The notes below the pieces were generated by a model. The model was given only the letters and a program-made list of their open reading frames with translations, was not told where the DNA came from and ran no database searches. From Candidatus Saccharimonadota bacterium (GTDB lineage Bacteria > Patescibacteriota > Saccharimonadia > Saccharimonadales > Saccharimonadaceae), in assembly GCF_025273655.1 (NCBI RefSeq), contig NZ_CP045921.1, positions 210,001 to 242,000 of the forward strand: a stretch of DNA of 32,000 nucleotides, read 5' to 3'. Within the stretch, counting starts at the first letter, position 1; each line of letters starts with the position of its first letter. Below, piece by piece: positions 15,050 to 22,844 of the stretch. The position numbers and the translations under genes are program-made.

Positions 15050-15068
15050 ATGAGGAGAACTACCAGCG

Positions 15069-15287
15069 ATGGCAGGAACAAAAGTAGGTGGCACAAAAGC
15101 GGCCGCAACCAACAAAGCAAAACACGGTAAAGATTTCTATGCACGTATTGGTGCCAAAGGTGGCAAGATCGGCCGCACTGGTGGCTTCGCTGCTAATCCA
15201 GAACTGGCGCGTATCGCTGGTGCAAAGGGCGGTAAGATTTCACGTCGCCGCAAAAAAGACGCTGGCGAGACTGCAAAAGCAGCCTAG
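15069..15287 (+). CDS. KGG-repeat general stress protein (YciG/GsiB-like)
   Basis: 72 aa, highly basic and Gly-rich, with repeated GAKGGK motifs (RIGAKGGKIGRTGGF, RIAGAKGGKISRRR). This is typical of the stress-induced KGG repeat family. Confidence 0.8.
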   Translation: MAGTKVGGTKAAATNKAKHGKDFYARIGAKGGKIGRTGGFAANPELARIAGAKGGKISRRRKKDAGETAKAA

Positions 15288-15304
15288 TTAGTAGAGCTAC
15301 ATAT

Positions 15305-15336
15305 AAAAACACCCCGGATTCGCGGGGGTGTTTTTG
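15305..15336. terminator. bidirectional intrinsic terminator shared by convergent genes
   Basis: AAAAACACCCCGGATTCGCGGGGGTGTTTTT. A GC-rich stem is flanked by an A-run and a T-run. Confidence 0.75.
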
Positions 15337-15340
15337 TGGG

Positions 15341-15802
15341 TTAGACAGTTTGAAAGCGCCGGATTTCTCGATCAACACCAGTATTGGTGTGCCAGGTGCC
15401 ACCACAATGGACACAGGCGTATTGTTGCGGAGATGATTCGTAGCCATTGCTTTGGCAGGCGGGACAGGTGCTTTTGGCATGGAGCCAGTCGCGATATGTA
15501 TCGAGATGCTCGTTGATGAATGCGGGGTTAATACAGACACCATAGTCAGGTGCAAGTGTGTGCGAAGCGTACTCCCACGCCTCGCGCTCTAGTGCTAGTA
15601 ATTCGATATCGCGCGCGTAGTCACTATGGTCAAGCAGTGCATGAGCTGTTTCGTGCAGCAGCACCCAGTCGGCATGTGGCTCCCCAGGATTGTGATATAC
15701 GGTCTGCTCATCTCGTGACCAGCGGGCTGTGTTGCCGATTGTGAACGCTATACCCGGATGGTTATTTGCGAGTTTTGCGACCAGCGAGGACATCGAGCGC
15801 AT
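15341..15802 (-). CDS. ImmA/IrrE-like HExxH metallopeptidase with a C-terminal zinc ribbon
   Basis: The start is taken at the Met with SD GGAGGT 7 nt upstream, giving 153 aa. It has LLHETAHALLDH followed by EREAWEYA (HExxH...E..A pattern), then CPAC...CVHC. The longer track ORF overlaps the ROK gene. Confidence 0.6.
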   Translation of the reverse strand: MRSMSSLVAKLANNHPGIAFTIGNTARWSRDEQTVYHNPGEPHADWVLLHETAHALLDHSDYARDIELLALEREAWEYASHTLAPDYGVCINPAFINEHLDTYRDWLHAKSTCPACQSNGYESSPQQYACVHCGGTWHTNTGVDREIRRFQTV

Positions 15803-16589
15803 AGTAGTAACCTCCGTAAATGACAGCATGTTCTGGGTGTTGGGCCTGTAGCAGTGTGGGGCGGGTGATATGGGGTGGGAGCTGTTCATCGAGTAGATCG
15901 GCCAGTTGCGTGGCGAAGCGATCAAAATACGTCCCAACGCTACCGCCAAAGATAATCACATCCGGCTGAGAGATGGGGATGACCGCCAGGAAGCCGCGGC
16001 TGATACGATCGGCGATATGGTTCCAGTCGCCCTTGCGTTTGATATCGCGCGCGAATTTGCCGTAGGTTTCTTTGATGGCACGCCCGCTGGCAAAACTCTC
16101 CCATTCGCGCACTTGGCCGTCGAACTCTACTAGTGCATGACCGCCCTCGCTTGTCTCGAGGCCTGGATCGATATGTCCCTGCGATATAAAGCCAGTGCCG
16201 ATACCAGTACTGATGGTGACGTAGAGTGCAAAATCCGGTATAGGATCGAGCAGGCGAGCTTCTGCTAGGCCAGCTAGGTTGGCGTCGTTTTCAACGTGGA
16301 TGGGCGCACCGTCTAGCACAGAGCCAAGCGCAACACGGACATCGAAGTTTTTCCAGCCCAGGTTCGGGCACCACCGAGCGATGCCGTCGTCGATGATACC
16401 AGGGAGGGCTATCACGATGAGATCAACAGGTTTGCCAGCATATTCGCTCTCGAGTGCTTGACGCAGAAGCTGGACGTATTTGATGGGATCATGCGGCGTC
16501 GGATATACGATCTGTTTGCCGATTCTGCCTGCCTTCGTAAACGAAGAAATAAGCGTTTTTGTCCCTCCAGTGTCCACCGTGACTATCAT
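15762..16589 (-). CDS. ROK family sugar kinase (glucokinase-like)
   Basis: The start is taken at MIVTVDTGGTKT (ATP-binding DxGGT motif), giving 275 aa. Other motifs are VENDANLAGLAE and GIGTGFI. Confidence 0.8.
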   Translation of the reverse strand: MIVTVDTGGTKTLISSFTKAGRIGKQIVYPTPHDPIKYVQLLRQALESEYAGKPVDLIVIALPGIIDDGIARWCPNLGWKNFDVRVALGSVLDGAPIHVENDANLAGLAEARLLDPIPDFALYVTISTGIGTGFISQGHIDPGLETSEGGHALVEFDGQVREWESFASGRAIKETYGKFARDIKRKGDWNHIADRISRGFLAVIPISQPDVIIFGGSVGTYFDRFATQLADLLDEQLPPHITRPTLLQAQHPEHAVIYGGYYYALDVLAGRKTRK

Positions 16590-16635
16590 GTGTCTAGTGT
16601 AGCATAATCTCGTAGTGAAAAAACGATGAAATGTC

Positions 16636-16664
16636 TTGCATATTAACACAAAATACCGTATAAT
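16636..16664 (+). promoter_or_regulatory. candidate promoter for the LPXTG protein gene
   Basis: TTGCAT (16636-16641), 17 nt, TATAAT (16659-16664). Confidence 0.55.
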
Positions 16665-16695
16665 ATACATAAATACAGTAATGTGTGGAAGGTGA

Positions 16696-17232
16696 GTGAT
16701 GCAATATTCAGCCCAGCGACAGTCCGGATCAGTAATCGTGTACGTTATCGTCGGTGTAGTACTGGCAGCGCTGGCAGTGGGCGCTATCGTGGTTGCACAG
16801 CACAGGGGAGGACGACAGATCGCGTCACAACCGTCGACACAGGCGCCAGCAAATCAAGGTGCTGCTGATACTGATTCAAGCGGCGGCAATTCTGCCGAAG
16901 ACAAGCAGAAAGAAGAAGCCGATAAGCAAGCAGCGGACAAAGCTGCCGCAGACAAAAAAGCTGCCGACGAAAAAGCCAAGCAAGATGCTGAAGCTAAGAA
17001 AAAAGCTGATGAGAAGGCTGCCGCCGACAAAAAAGCTGCTGACGAAAAAGCCGTCCAGCAGCAGGTCGCCGCTAATACTGCAGGTCCTATGGCCCAAACT
17101 GGCGGCTCACAACAAAGCGCGTCGCATCTGCCTACCACCGGTCCTGTCGAGGACACACTCGGCATGGTGATCGGTCTCGTGGCCATTCTCGGGGCTGGCT
17201 ACTTCTACTACCACTACGGTCGCCGCGCCTAG
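16696..17232 (+). CDS. LPXTG-motif cell-wall-anchored surface protein with a Lys/Ala/Asp/Glu-rich repeat region
   Basis: 178 aa. It opens GTG-ATG, with SD GGAAGGTGA. It has an N-terminal TM helix. The C-terminus LPTTG + hydrophobic stretch + GRRA is a classic sortase sorting signal. The AADKKAADEKA repeats are encoded by a 34/36-identical 36-nt DNA repeat (16942-16977 and 17017-17052). Confidence 0.8.
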   Translation: MMQYSAQRQSGSVIVYVIVGVVLAALAVGAIVVAQHRGGRQIASQPSTQAPANQGAADTDSSGGNSAEDKQKEEADKQAADKAAADKKAADEKAKQDAEAKKKADEKAAADKKAADEKAVQQQVAANTAGPMAQTGGSQQSASHLPTTGPVEDTLGMVIGLVAILGAGYFYYHYGRRA

Positions 17233-17235
17233 CTT

Positions 17236-17264
17236 TTGACTTCTCTCGCCTCTTGAGGTACAAT
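17236..17264 (+). promoter_or_regulatory. candidate promoter for the S1 gene
   Basis: TTGACT (17236-17241), 17 nt, TACAAT (17259-17264). Confidence 0.6.
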
Positions 17265-17380
17265 AGTACACAGTTTTAGGGTCTTTTTGACTGACTCTAG
17301 AAAATAGCAACGTAAGGAAGGAGAATGACGCCCCCTTAGCCTCTAGTGAGAGGTGAGCGGATGCGCGTCACAATCATACT

Positions 17381-18457
17381 ATGGCAAAAGCCACTATCAC
17401 TATGGATGAACTGCTCGCCGGCGCTGACGCTGGTGCCAAGCAGCTCGTAGCCGGAGAAGTTACCACCGGTACAGTACTCAGCGTAAAGAAGCATGAGGTT
17501 TTGATCGACCTCGGTGCCCAGGGCGTCGGCTACGTGCCACGCCGCGAAGTCGGTTTCTCTCGCAATCTCACAGAGGGCGACGAAGTCACTGCAAGTATCG
17601 TCGACACCGAGCTTGATAACGGCATGTCACTACTGAGCCTGCGTAAAGCAGCCAAAGACCGTGGCTGGGAAGAGGTTGCAGCCAAGCTCGAAGCTGGTGA
17701 GATCATCACTGTTGCACCATACGACGCCAATCGCGGTGGTCTACTAGTGGAGTACGAGGGTGTACGTGGTTTCTTGCCAGTATCGCAGCTGTCTGCCGAG
17801 CACTATCCACGCGTAGGCAGTAGTGACAAAGACGAGATCCTTCAGCGCCTCAATGCACTTGTTGGCAAAGATCTCCAGGTGCGCATCCTCGACGCTGATC
17901 GTAAAGCTAACAAGCTCATCTTCTCTGAGAAGGAGGCTGTCAAAGACGGCTTGGCTGCTCGCTTTGAGAAACTCGCCGTCGGTGACACTGTCGCCGGCGT
18001 GGTAACGGGTGTAGTAGACTACGGTGCGTTCGTAAACGTCGACGGTATCGAAGGTCTCATCCATATTTCGGAAATCAGCTGGGAGCGTGTCAACAACCCA
18101 TCTGACTACGTCAAGGTAGGTCAGACTGTCGATGCGAAGATCATCGCTATCGACAAAGACCGCCTGAGTCTCAGTATGAAACAGCTCACGCAGGATCCAT
18201 GGCTGACAGAAGTCGACAAGTTTTCTAAGGGTGACAAAGTAGAAGGTACTGTGACACGCATCACGCCATTTGGCGCCTTCGTACAGATCAGCCCAGCTAT
18301 CGAAGCCCTGGTGCACATCTCTGAGCTTGGTGGTGGCAGCGATGCCGATCCAGAAAAAGTCTTCACGCTCAACGAACGCAAAGACTTCGTCATCCTCGAC
18401 ATCGATAAAGATAGCCGAAAAATCTCTCTGAGCCTCGGCGACAAAAAAACCAAATAA
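17381..18457 (+). CDS. rpsA: 30S ribosomal protein S1 (four S1 domains)
   Basis: 358 aa with four tandem S1/OB repeats (G..V.G.V......G..V......G..H.SE pattern). No SD precedes the ATG. Confidence 0.85.
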   Translation: MAKATITMDELLAGADAGAKQLVAGEVTTGTVLSVKKHEVLIDLGAQGVGYVPRREVGFSRNLTEGDEVTASIVDTELDNGMSLLSLRKAAKDRGWEEVAAKLEAGEIITVAPYDANRGGLLVEYEGVRGFLPVSQLSAEHYPRVGSSDKDEILQRLNALVGKDLQVRILDADRKANKLIFSEKEAVKDGLAARFEKLAVGDTVAGVVTGVVDYGAFVNVDGIEGLIHISEISWERVNNPSDYVKVGQTVDAKIIAIDKDRLSLSMKQLTQDPWLTEVDKFSKGDKVEGTVTRITPFGAFVQISPAIEALVHISELGGGSDADPEKVFTLNERKDFVILDIDKDSRKISLSLGDKKTK

Positions 18458-18516
18458 GACCAACGCGACACAGGTCGTAATGCACGAGTAGTCACTCGGC
18501 AGAAAGGAGTTTCACT

Positions 18517-20292
18517 ATGCAAGAAAAAATCGTCACAATCGGTGATTCAATCACGGTAGGCGAGCTTGCAGAGACGCTGCATCTGCCGGTGACTACTTTG
18601 ATAGGTGAGCTATTCAAAAATGGTATCGCTGCTACTATCAACCAGCGAATTGATTTCGAGACTGCCACGATTATCGTGGAGGAACTCGGTATAGACGCAC
18701 AGTTAGAGCGCAAGGCTGGTGGTGAAGATGAAGCCCCACAGCGCGTTGCCTACCAAGTGTCAGAGCGTGCTTCTGAACGCCCGCCTATTGTGGCGGTGAT
18801 GGGTCATGTTGACCATGGTAAAACCAGCCTGCTCGATGCGATTCTCGACAAGAAGACTGCAGAGGGTGAAGCTGGTGGTATCACCCAGCACATCAGCGCG
18901 TATCAGACGGTTAAAAATGGTCGTGCGATCACACTGCTCGATACGCCTGGCCACGAGGCGTTTGCAGCACTGCGCCAGCACGGTGCGGTTCTTACCGACG
19001 TCGTGATTATTGTAGTTGCAGCCGATGACGGCGTGAAGCCGCAGACGATCGAGGCAATTCGCTTCGCCCGTAACGCCAACGCGCGCATCATTGTGGCTAT
19101 CAACAAGATGGACAAAGAAACCGCCAATCCACAACTCGTGAAGACGCAGCTGGCGAGTGAGCACAGCCTTAACCCAGAAGAATGGGGCGGTGATACGATC
19201 ATGGTAGAGGTGAGCGCCAAGACCGGGCAAGGTCTCGACAAACTACTCGATAACGTCCTGCTCATCGCCGACATGGAAGAGCTCAAAGCTGACACTGATG
19301 TGCCGGCTCAGGGTCTGGTCATCGAAGCACATATGGAGACGGGTAAGGGATCAGTCGTAAGCTTGCTTATCGAGCAAGGTGAGCTCAAGCCAAGCCATTT
19401 CATCGTGGCGGGTACGAGCTATGGCAAGGTTCGCACACTGCTTGATTTCAAGGGCGATGCACTGAAAGATGCCGGCCCATCAACACCTGTGACTGTTACG
19501 GGATTCAAAGAGCTGCCGCAGTTTGGCGATACGTTCCGTGTGGTCAAAAATGAGAAGTTGGCTCGCACCGCCACTGCCGAAGCTCGCTTGGAGCGGGAGA
19601 AAGCTGCTGCAAGCACCAATGTCACAGGTGCCGATCTGCTTAAGATGATGAACCAAGAGCGCGAAGCCGAGACCTTCAACGTGATTGTGAAGGCCGATGT
19701 GCAAGGTTCGCTCACTTCTGTGATGGATAGCCTACGTTTGGTGGATACCGGTGGTGCTGTCACGCTGCGTATTATCGGCAGCGGCGTTGGTAACATCTCC
19801 GAAAATGACGTTCGCCTCGCAGCTGACGAGCGTACTGTGATCTACGGTTTTAATGTTGATTTGCCACCTGCTGTCAAACAGCTGGCGGCCCGCGACAAAG
19901 TGCAGATTCGCCTCTATAAAGTCATCTACGAGCTACTCGATAATGCTCGCGAAAGCATGGAATCACTTCTGGCGCCAGAAGTTGTCGAAACGCAGCTTGC
20001 TACGCTTGATGTAAAGGGCGTCTTCCGTACGACGAAAGACGAAATCATTGCCGGTGGTGAGGTAACAAGTGGTAAAGTGTCTGCGGGTGCCCTAGTGCGC
20101 GCCACTCGCGGAGATGAGGTAGTAGCCGAAATGGAGCTGACAAAAGTGCAGAAGCAGCAACAAGAGGTCAAGGAAGCCTACGAAGGTGATATGTGTGGCC
20201 TTAGCCTCAAGACGACCAAGAAGGTGTTGCTCGAAGAGGGCGACAAACTCGAATTCTTCACTCGCGAACTCGTCAAACGTACACTTGGCTAG
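18517..20292 (+). CDS. infB: translation initiation factor IF-2 (short N-terminus)
   Basis: 591 aa. SD AAAGGAG. G-domain motifs are [22 protein letters not shown] and NKMD. The C-terminal IF-2 domains are present. Confidence 0.95.
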   Translation: MQEKIVTIGDSITVGELAETLHLPVTTLIGELFKNGIAATINQRIDFETATIIVEELGIDAQLERKAGGEDEAPQRVAYQVSERASERPPIVAVMGHVDHGKTSLLDAILDKKTAEGEAGGITQHISAYQTVKNGRAITLLDTPGHEAFAALRQHGAVLTDVVIIVVAADDGVKPQTIEAIRFARNANARIIVAINKMDKETANPQLVKTQLASEHSLNPEEWGGDTIMVEVSAKTGQGLDKLLDNVLLIADMEELKADTDVPAQGLVIEAHMETGKGSVVSLLIEQGELKPSHFIVAGTSYGKVRTLLDFKGDALKDAGPSTPVTVTGFKELPQFGDTFRVVKNEKLARTATAEARLEREKAAASTNVTGADLLKMMNQEREAETFNVIVKADVQGSLTSVMDSLRLVDTGGAVTLRIIGSGVGNISENDVRLAADERTVIYGFNVDLPPAVKQLAARDKVQIRLYKVIYELLDNARESMESLLAPEVVETQLATLDVKGVFRTTKDEIIAGGEVTSGKVSAGALVRATRGDEVVAEMELTKVQKQQQEVKEAYEGDMCGLSLKTTKKVLLEEGDKLEFFTRELVKRTLG

Positions 20293-20300
20293 GCATAAAG

Positions 20301-20329
20301 TTGGTAAAACACCGTAGCTCATATATAAT
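20301..20329 (+). promoter_or_regulatory. candidate promoter
   Basis: TTGGTA (20301-20306), 17 nt, TATAAT (20324-20329), upstream of the CDS at 20362. Confidence 0.55.
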
Positions 20330-20361
20330 GGGCGTAAAGAACGTATACATAAGGAGACGCT

Positions 20362-20835
20362 ATGTTTCAACTAGATGATAAATTTTTGCAAGACGTAGGC
20401 CTGGCCGGACTCCCAGCAGATCAGAAGCAGGCGTTTCTGGAGCAAGTGTATGCATCACTCGAAGAACGCGTCGGCGTGCGCCTCAGCGAAGGCCTGAGTG
20501 ACGCGCAGCTCGAGGAGTTTGAGGGTATTATCGATCGCAAGCAAGAGAAGATCGACGCATGGCTGGCGGTATACGCGCCGCAGTACACGGCAGATCCAAT
20601 CTTTCAGCGTATTCAGCAGGCGACCGGCTTGCAGCCCGATGACCTCGCGCTCCGCTCAGAGTTTGCAGCCACAAAGTGGCTTGAGGTAAATCGACCAAAT
20701 TACCGCGACGTGGTAGCGCAGGTAATGAACGAACTCAAAGCTGAGATTACGCAGAATCGTGATGCTATTTTGGGGTCGGCCCAAGCTCCTCAGCAGCTGC
20801 CTGCCGATCAGCAACAGCCACCTATGGCTGCATAG
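20362..20835 (+). CDS. hypothetical acidic protein with a Gln/Pro-rich C-terminus
   Basis: 157-aa ORF with a good SD (AAGGAGA) and its own promoter and terminator. No family recognised with confidence. Confidence 0.7.
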   Translation: MFQLDDKFLQDVGLAGLPADQKQAFLEQVYASLEERVGVRLSEGLSDAQLEEFEGIIDRKQEKIDAWLAVYAPQYTADPIFQRIQQATGLQPDDLALRSEFAATKWLEVNRPNYRDVVAQVMNELKAEITQNRDAILGSAQAPQQLPADQQQPPMAA

Positions 20836-20836
20836 T

Positions 20837-21757
20837 CTATAGCTTATTACGATACCCAGCGAGAAATGCCCGAGCGGGCATTTCTTTTTTGCCGGCAGGT
20901 TTGAGCGCGATAATCTCGACCTCACCCTTGCCTGCGGCGACGAAGAGCCTGTCGTGTGAGATATGGAGCGCACCGGGTTGCGCACCGGGCGCTGTATCAT
21001 TGCTTGTACAGTCGACGACCTGGAGGTCGACACCACCGAGTGTAGTGCGTGAGCCGGGCCATGGTGTATAGGCGCGCACTTCGCGCGCGATTTGATCTGC
21101 TGATTTGTGCCAGTCTATGGTGCCATCATGCTTCTGGATAAGCTGGCAGTAGGATGCGCGCGTATCATCTTGCGGTACGGCTGGTAGAGTGTTATCGAGG
21201 ATTTGGGGTAACGCTGCGATAAGTAATTCTGCCCCTCGCTTCCCGAGCGACTCGTAGAGCTCGGGAGCTGTCTCCGTCCCTATGAGAGGGGTCGTTTCTT
21301 GGAGGTAAACTGGTCCTGCGTCCATCTTGGCACTGAGCTGCATGATACTGACGCCAGTTTCGTTGTCTCCGTGCAGGATAGCGGACTCAATGGGCGAAGG
21401 GCCGCGGTAGAGCGGGAGCAGTGAGGGGTGAAGGTTGACGATTCCAGGTGTGAATAGATCGATGATAGATTGTGGAATGATTTTGCCAAAGCTGACTAAG
21501 ACGCCAGTCGGCTGGTCAAATGTAGCGATATCTGCAGCTATGTCTGCGAGCTTTGTAGGTTGCCAGACCGGTATGTTATGTGCAAGGCCGATTTCTTTGA
21601 CTCGTGGCGTGACTAGCTTTTTGCCGCGACCACGACGCGTATCGGGTTTGGTGATGATGGCGCCAATATGAAAACCGGCTTCGATGAGCGCTTCTAGTGT
21701 ATAGGCGCTAAAATCTTCAGTCCCAAAGAACAGGATTGTCTTTGATGTGTTCGTCAT
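20837..21757 (-). CDS. fmt: methionyl-tRNA formyltransferase
   Basis: The start is taken at MTNTSKTILFFGTEDFS, a typical Fmt N-terminus, giving 306 aa. Motifs include NLHPSLLPLYRGPSPI. The first 60 codons of the track ORF overlap def and were rejected. Confidence 0.9.
   Translation of the reverse strand: MTNTSKTILFFGTEDFSAYTLEALIEAGFHIGAIITKPDTRRGRGKKLVTPRVKEIGLAHNIPVWQPTKLADIAADIATFDQPTGVLVSFGKIIPQSIIDLFTPGIVNLHPSLLPLYRGPSPIESAILHGDNETGVSIMQLSAKMDAGPVYLQETTPLIGTETAPELYESLGKRGAELLIAALPQILDNTLPAVPQDDTRASYCQLIQKHDGTIDWHKSADQIAREVRAYTPWPGSRTTLGGVDLQVVDCTSNDTAPGAQPGALHISHDRLFVAAGKGEVEIIALKPAGKKEMPARAFLAGYRNKL
20862..20890 (+). terminator. intrinsic terminator lying inside the 3' end of the convergent fmt gene
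   Basis: AGAAATGCCC / GAGC loop / GGGCATTTCT, followed by TTTTTT. Confidence 0.6.
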
Positions 21758-22292
21758 AGCTAACTGGCTCCAGTTCTCCGCGCTCGTCAAGACGATAAAA
21801 CGCGTCGGTATTATCTTTGATGTGATCGATGAACACGATGCCATTAGTGTGGTCAATTTCGTGCTGCAAAACACGCGCGAGGAATCCCTCTGCTTTGAGG
21901 CGCACTTCATTGCCCTGTAGGTCAAGCGCTTTGACACGGACTTTGGAGTGGCGAGGGACTTTGCCGTAGAAGTTTTTGACGCTCAGGCAGCCTTCGTAGT
22001 CGCTGACAATTTCGCCTTCGTATTTGACAATTTCTGGGTTGATGAGAGCAGTAAATTCTTGGTTGTCTTTGTGGTCGAAGTCACTCCGGACAATGACGAC
22101 ACGTTCGAGGCGATCAACTTGCACGGCAGCGATAGCCGCACTAATCTCATGTGGACGTGATGCCTCCCAATCAAGCGCGGCGCCTGTTAGGTCGTCGATG
22201 AGCTGGGTTGTTTCGTCGGTAATGACATGCACACGCTGCGATTTTTGACGCAGGTGTGGGTTCGGGAGGGCGATCACATCTTCTTTTTTCAT
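21717..22292 (-). CDS. def: peptide deformylase
   Basis: 191 aa with the three Def motifs (GAALDW-type G.. region, EGCLS, HEIDH). Confidence 0.95.
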   Translation of the reverse strand: MKKEDVIALPNPHLRQKSQRVHVITDETTQLIDDLTGAALDWEASRPHEISAAIAAVQVDRLERVVIVRSDFDHKDNQEFTALINPEIVKYEGEIVSDYEGCLSVKNFYGKVPRHSKVRVKALDLQGNEVRLKAEGFLARVLQHEIDHTNGIVFIDHIKDNTDAFYRLDERGELEPVSYDEHIKDNPVLWD

Positions 22293-22337
22293 TACGCACT
22301 ATTATACGGTATTACTTAAAAAAGTAACAGAGATGAT

Positions 22338-22802
22338 CTAGTTGCCAAATTTGCTGAGTTTGGTTTGTGCGCCGCTACGTTCTAAGTTGTAATATAGTAC
22401 GAAACGAGTACATGTCTGGGTGGCGGCGGTGCATTGAGTGGAGCCGGTGTTTTGATATGCCATGTAGGCGTACTGTGAAGTGGTGGCGCTGGTGCCTATC
22501 GAGTAGGAGTAATAGGGTGCAGTCGCGGTCGATCCAGGCGTAGTCATGGCGTCGGTTGGGACGCGCAGTGTATCAGTTATAAATCCGGTACCTGCGATAG
22601 TTGCTGTGTCCGGATATTTGCCGAAGCGCTCATAGTATGTTTCGAGTGCTGCGGACATGACGTCAATATCGGCCGTTCGCTCGGTGTCGCGTGCACGCAC
22701 CTGCGTGGCTGAGTAGGACACCATGCCGATGCCTGCCAGAATAGCGATAGCCGTGATTACGACAATAATTTCTACGATGGTGAATCCAAAGTACTGTTTC
22801 AT
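22338..22802 (-). CDS. type IV pilin / pseudopilin with a prepilin N-terminal methylation motif
   Basis: 154 aa. The N-terminus MKQYFG|FTIVEIIVVITAIAILAGIG is a class III signal (G/F cleavage site, Glu at +5). Confidence 0.85.
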   Translation of the reverse strand: MKQYFGFTIVEIIVVITAIAILAGIGMVSYSATQVRARDTERTADIDVMSAALETYYERFGKYPDTATIAGTGFITDTLRVPTDAMTTPGSTATAPYYSYSIGTSATTSQYAYMAYQNTGSTQCTAATQTCTRFVLYYNLERSGAQTKLSKFGN

Positions 22803-22844
22803 GTGCTTTCATAGTAGCAGCTGCCAGAGGTAAGCACAAGCGTG

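Noticed and set aside
14809-15087. A 92-aa ORF in the AT-rich region upstream of the KGG gene, and the alternative frame at 15088-15291.
   Set aside because: The first covers a near-consensus promoter and the leader hairpin, has odd composition and has no SD. The second is an alternative frame of the well-supported KGG-repeat gene.
16793-17186. Alternative-frame and antisense ORFs across the LPXTG gene repeat region: 16793-17170, 16854-17186 and 16876-17097.
   Set aside because: The GCN/AAR-rich repeat DNA is open in several frames. Only the frame with an N-terminal TM helix and the LPTTG sorting signal makes biological sense.
17361-17450. A 29-codon out-of-frame ORF starting at ATG 17361 (SD-like AGGTGA upstream) that overlaps the S1 start.
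   Set aside because: It overlaps the well-supported S1 reading frame, its product has no recognisable features, and the apparent SD is part of the leader hairpin. It is noted only as a possible element of leader regulation.
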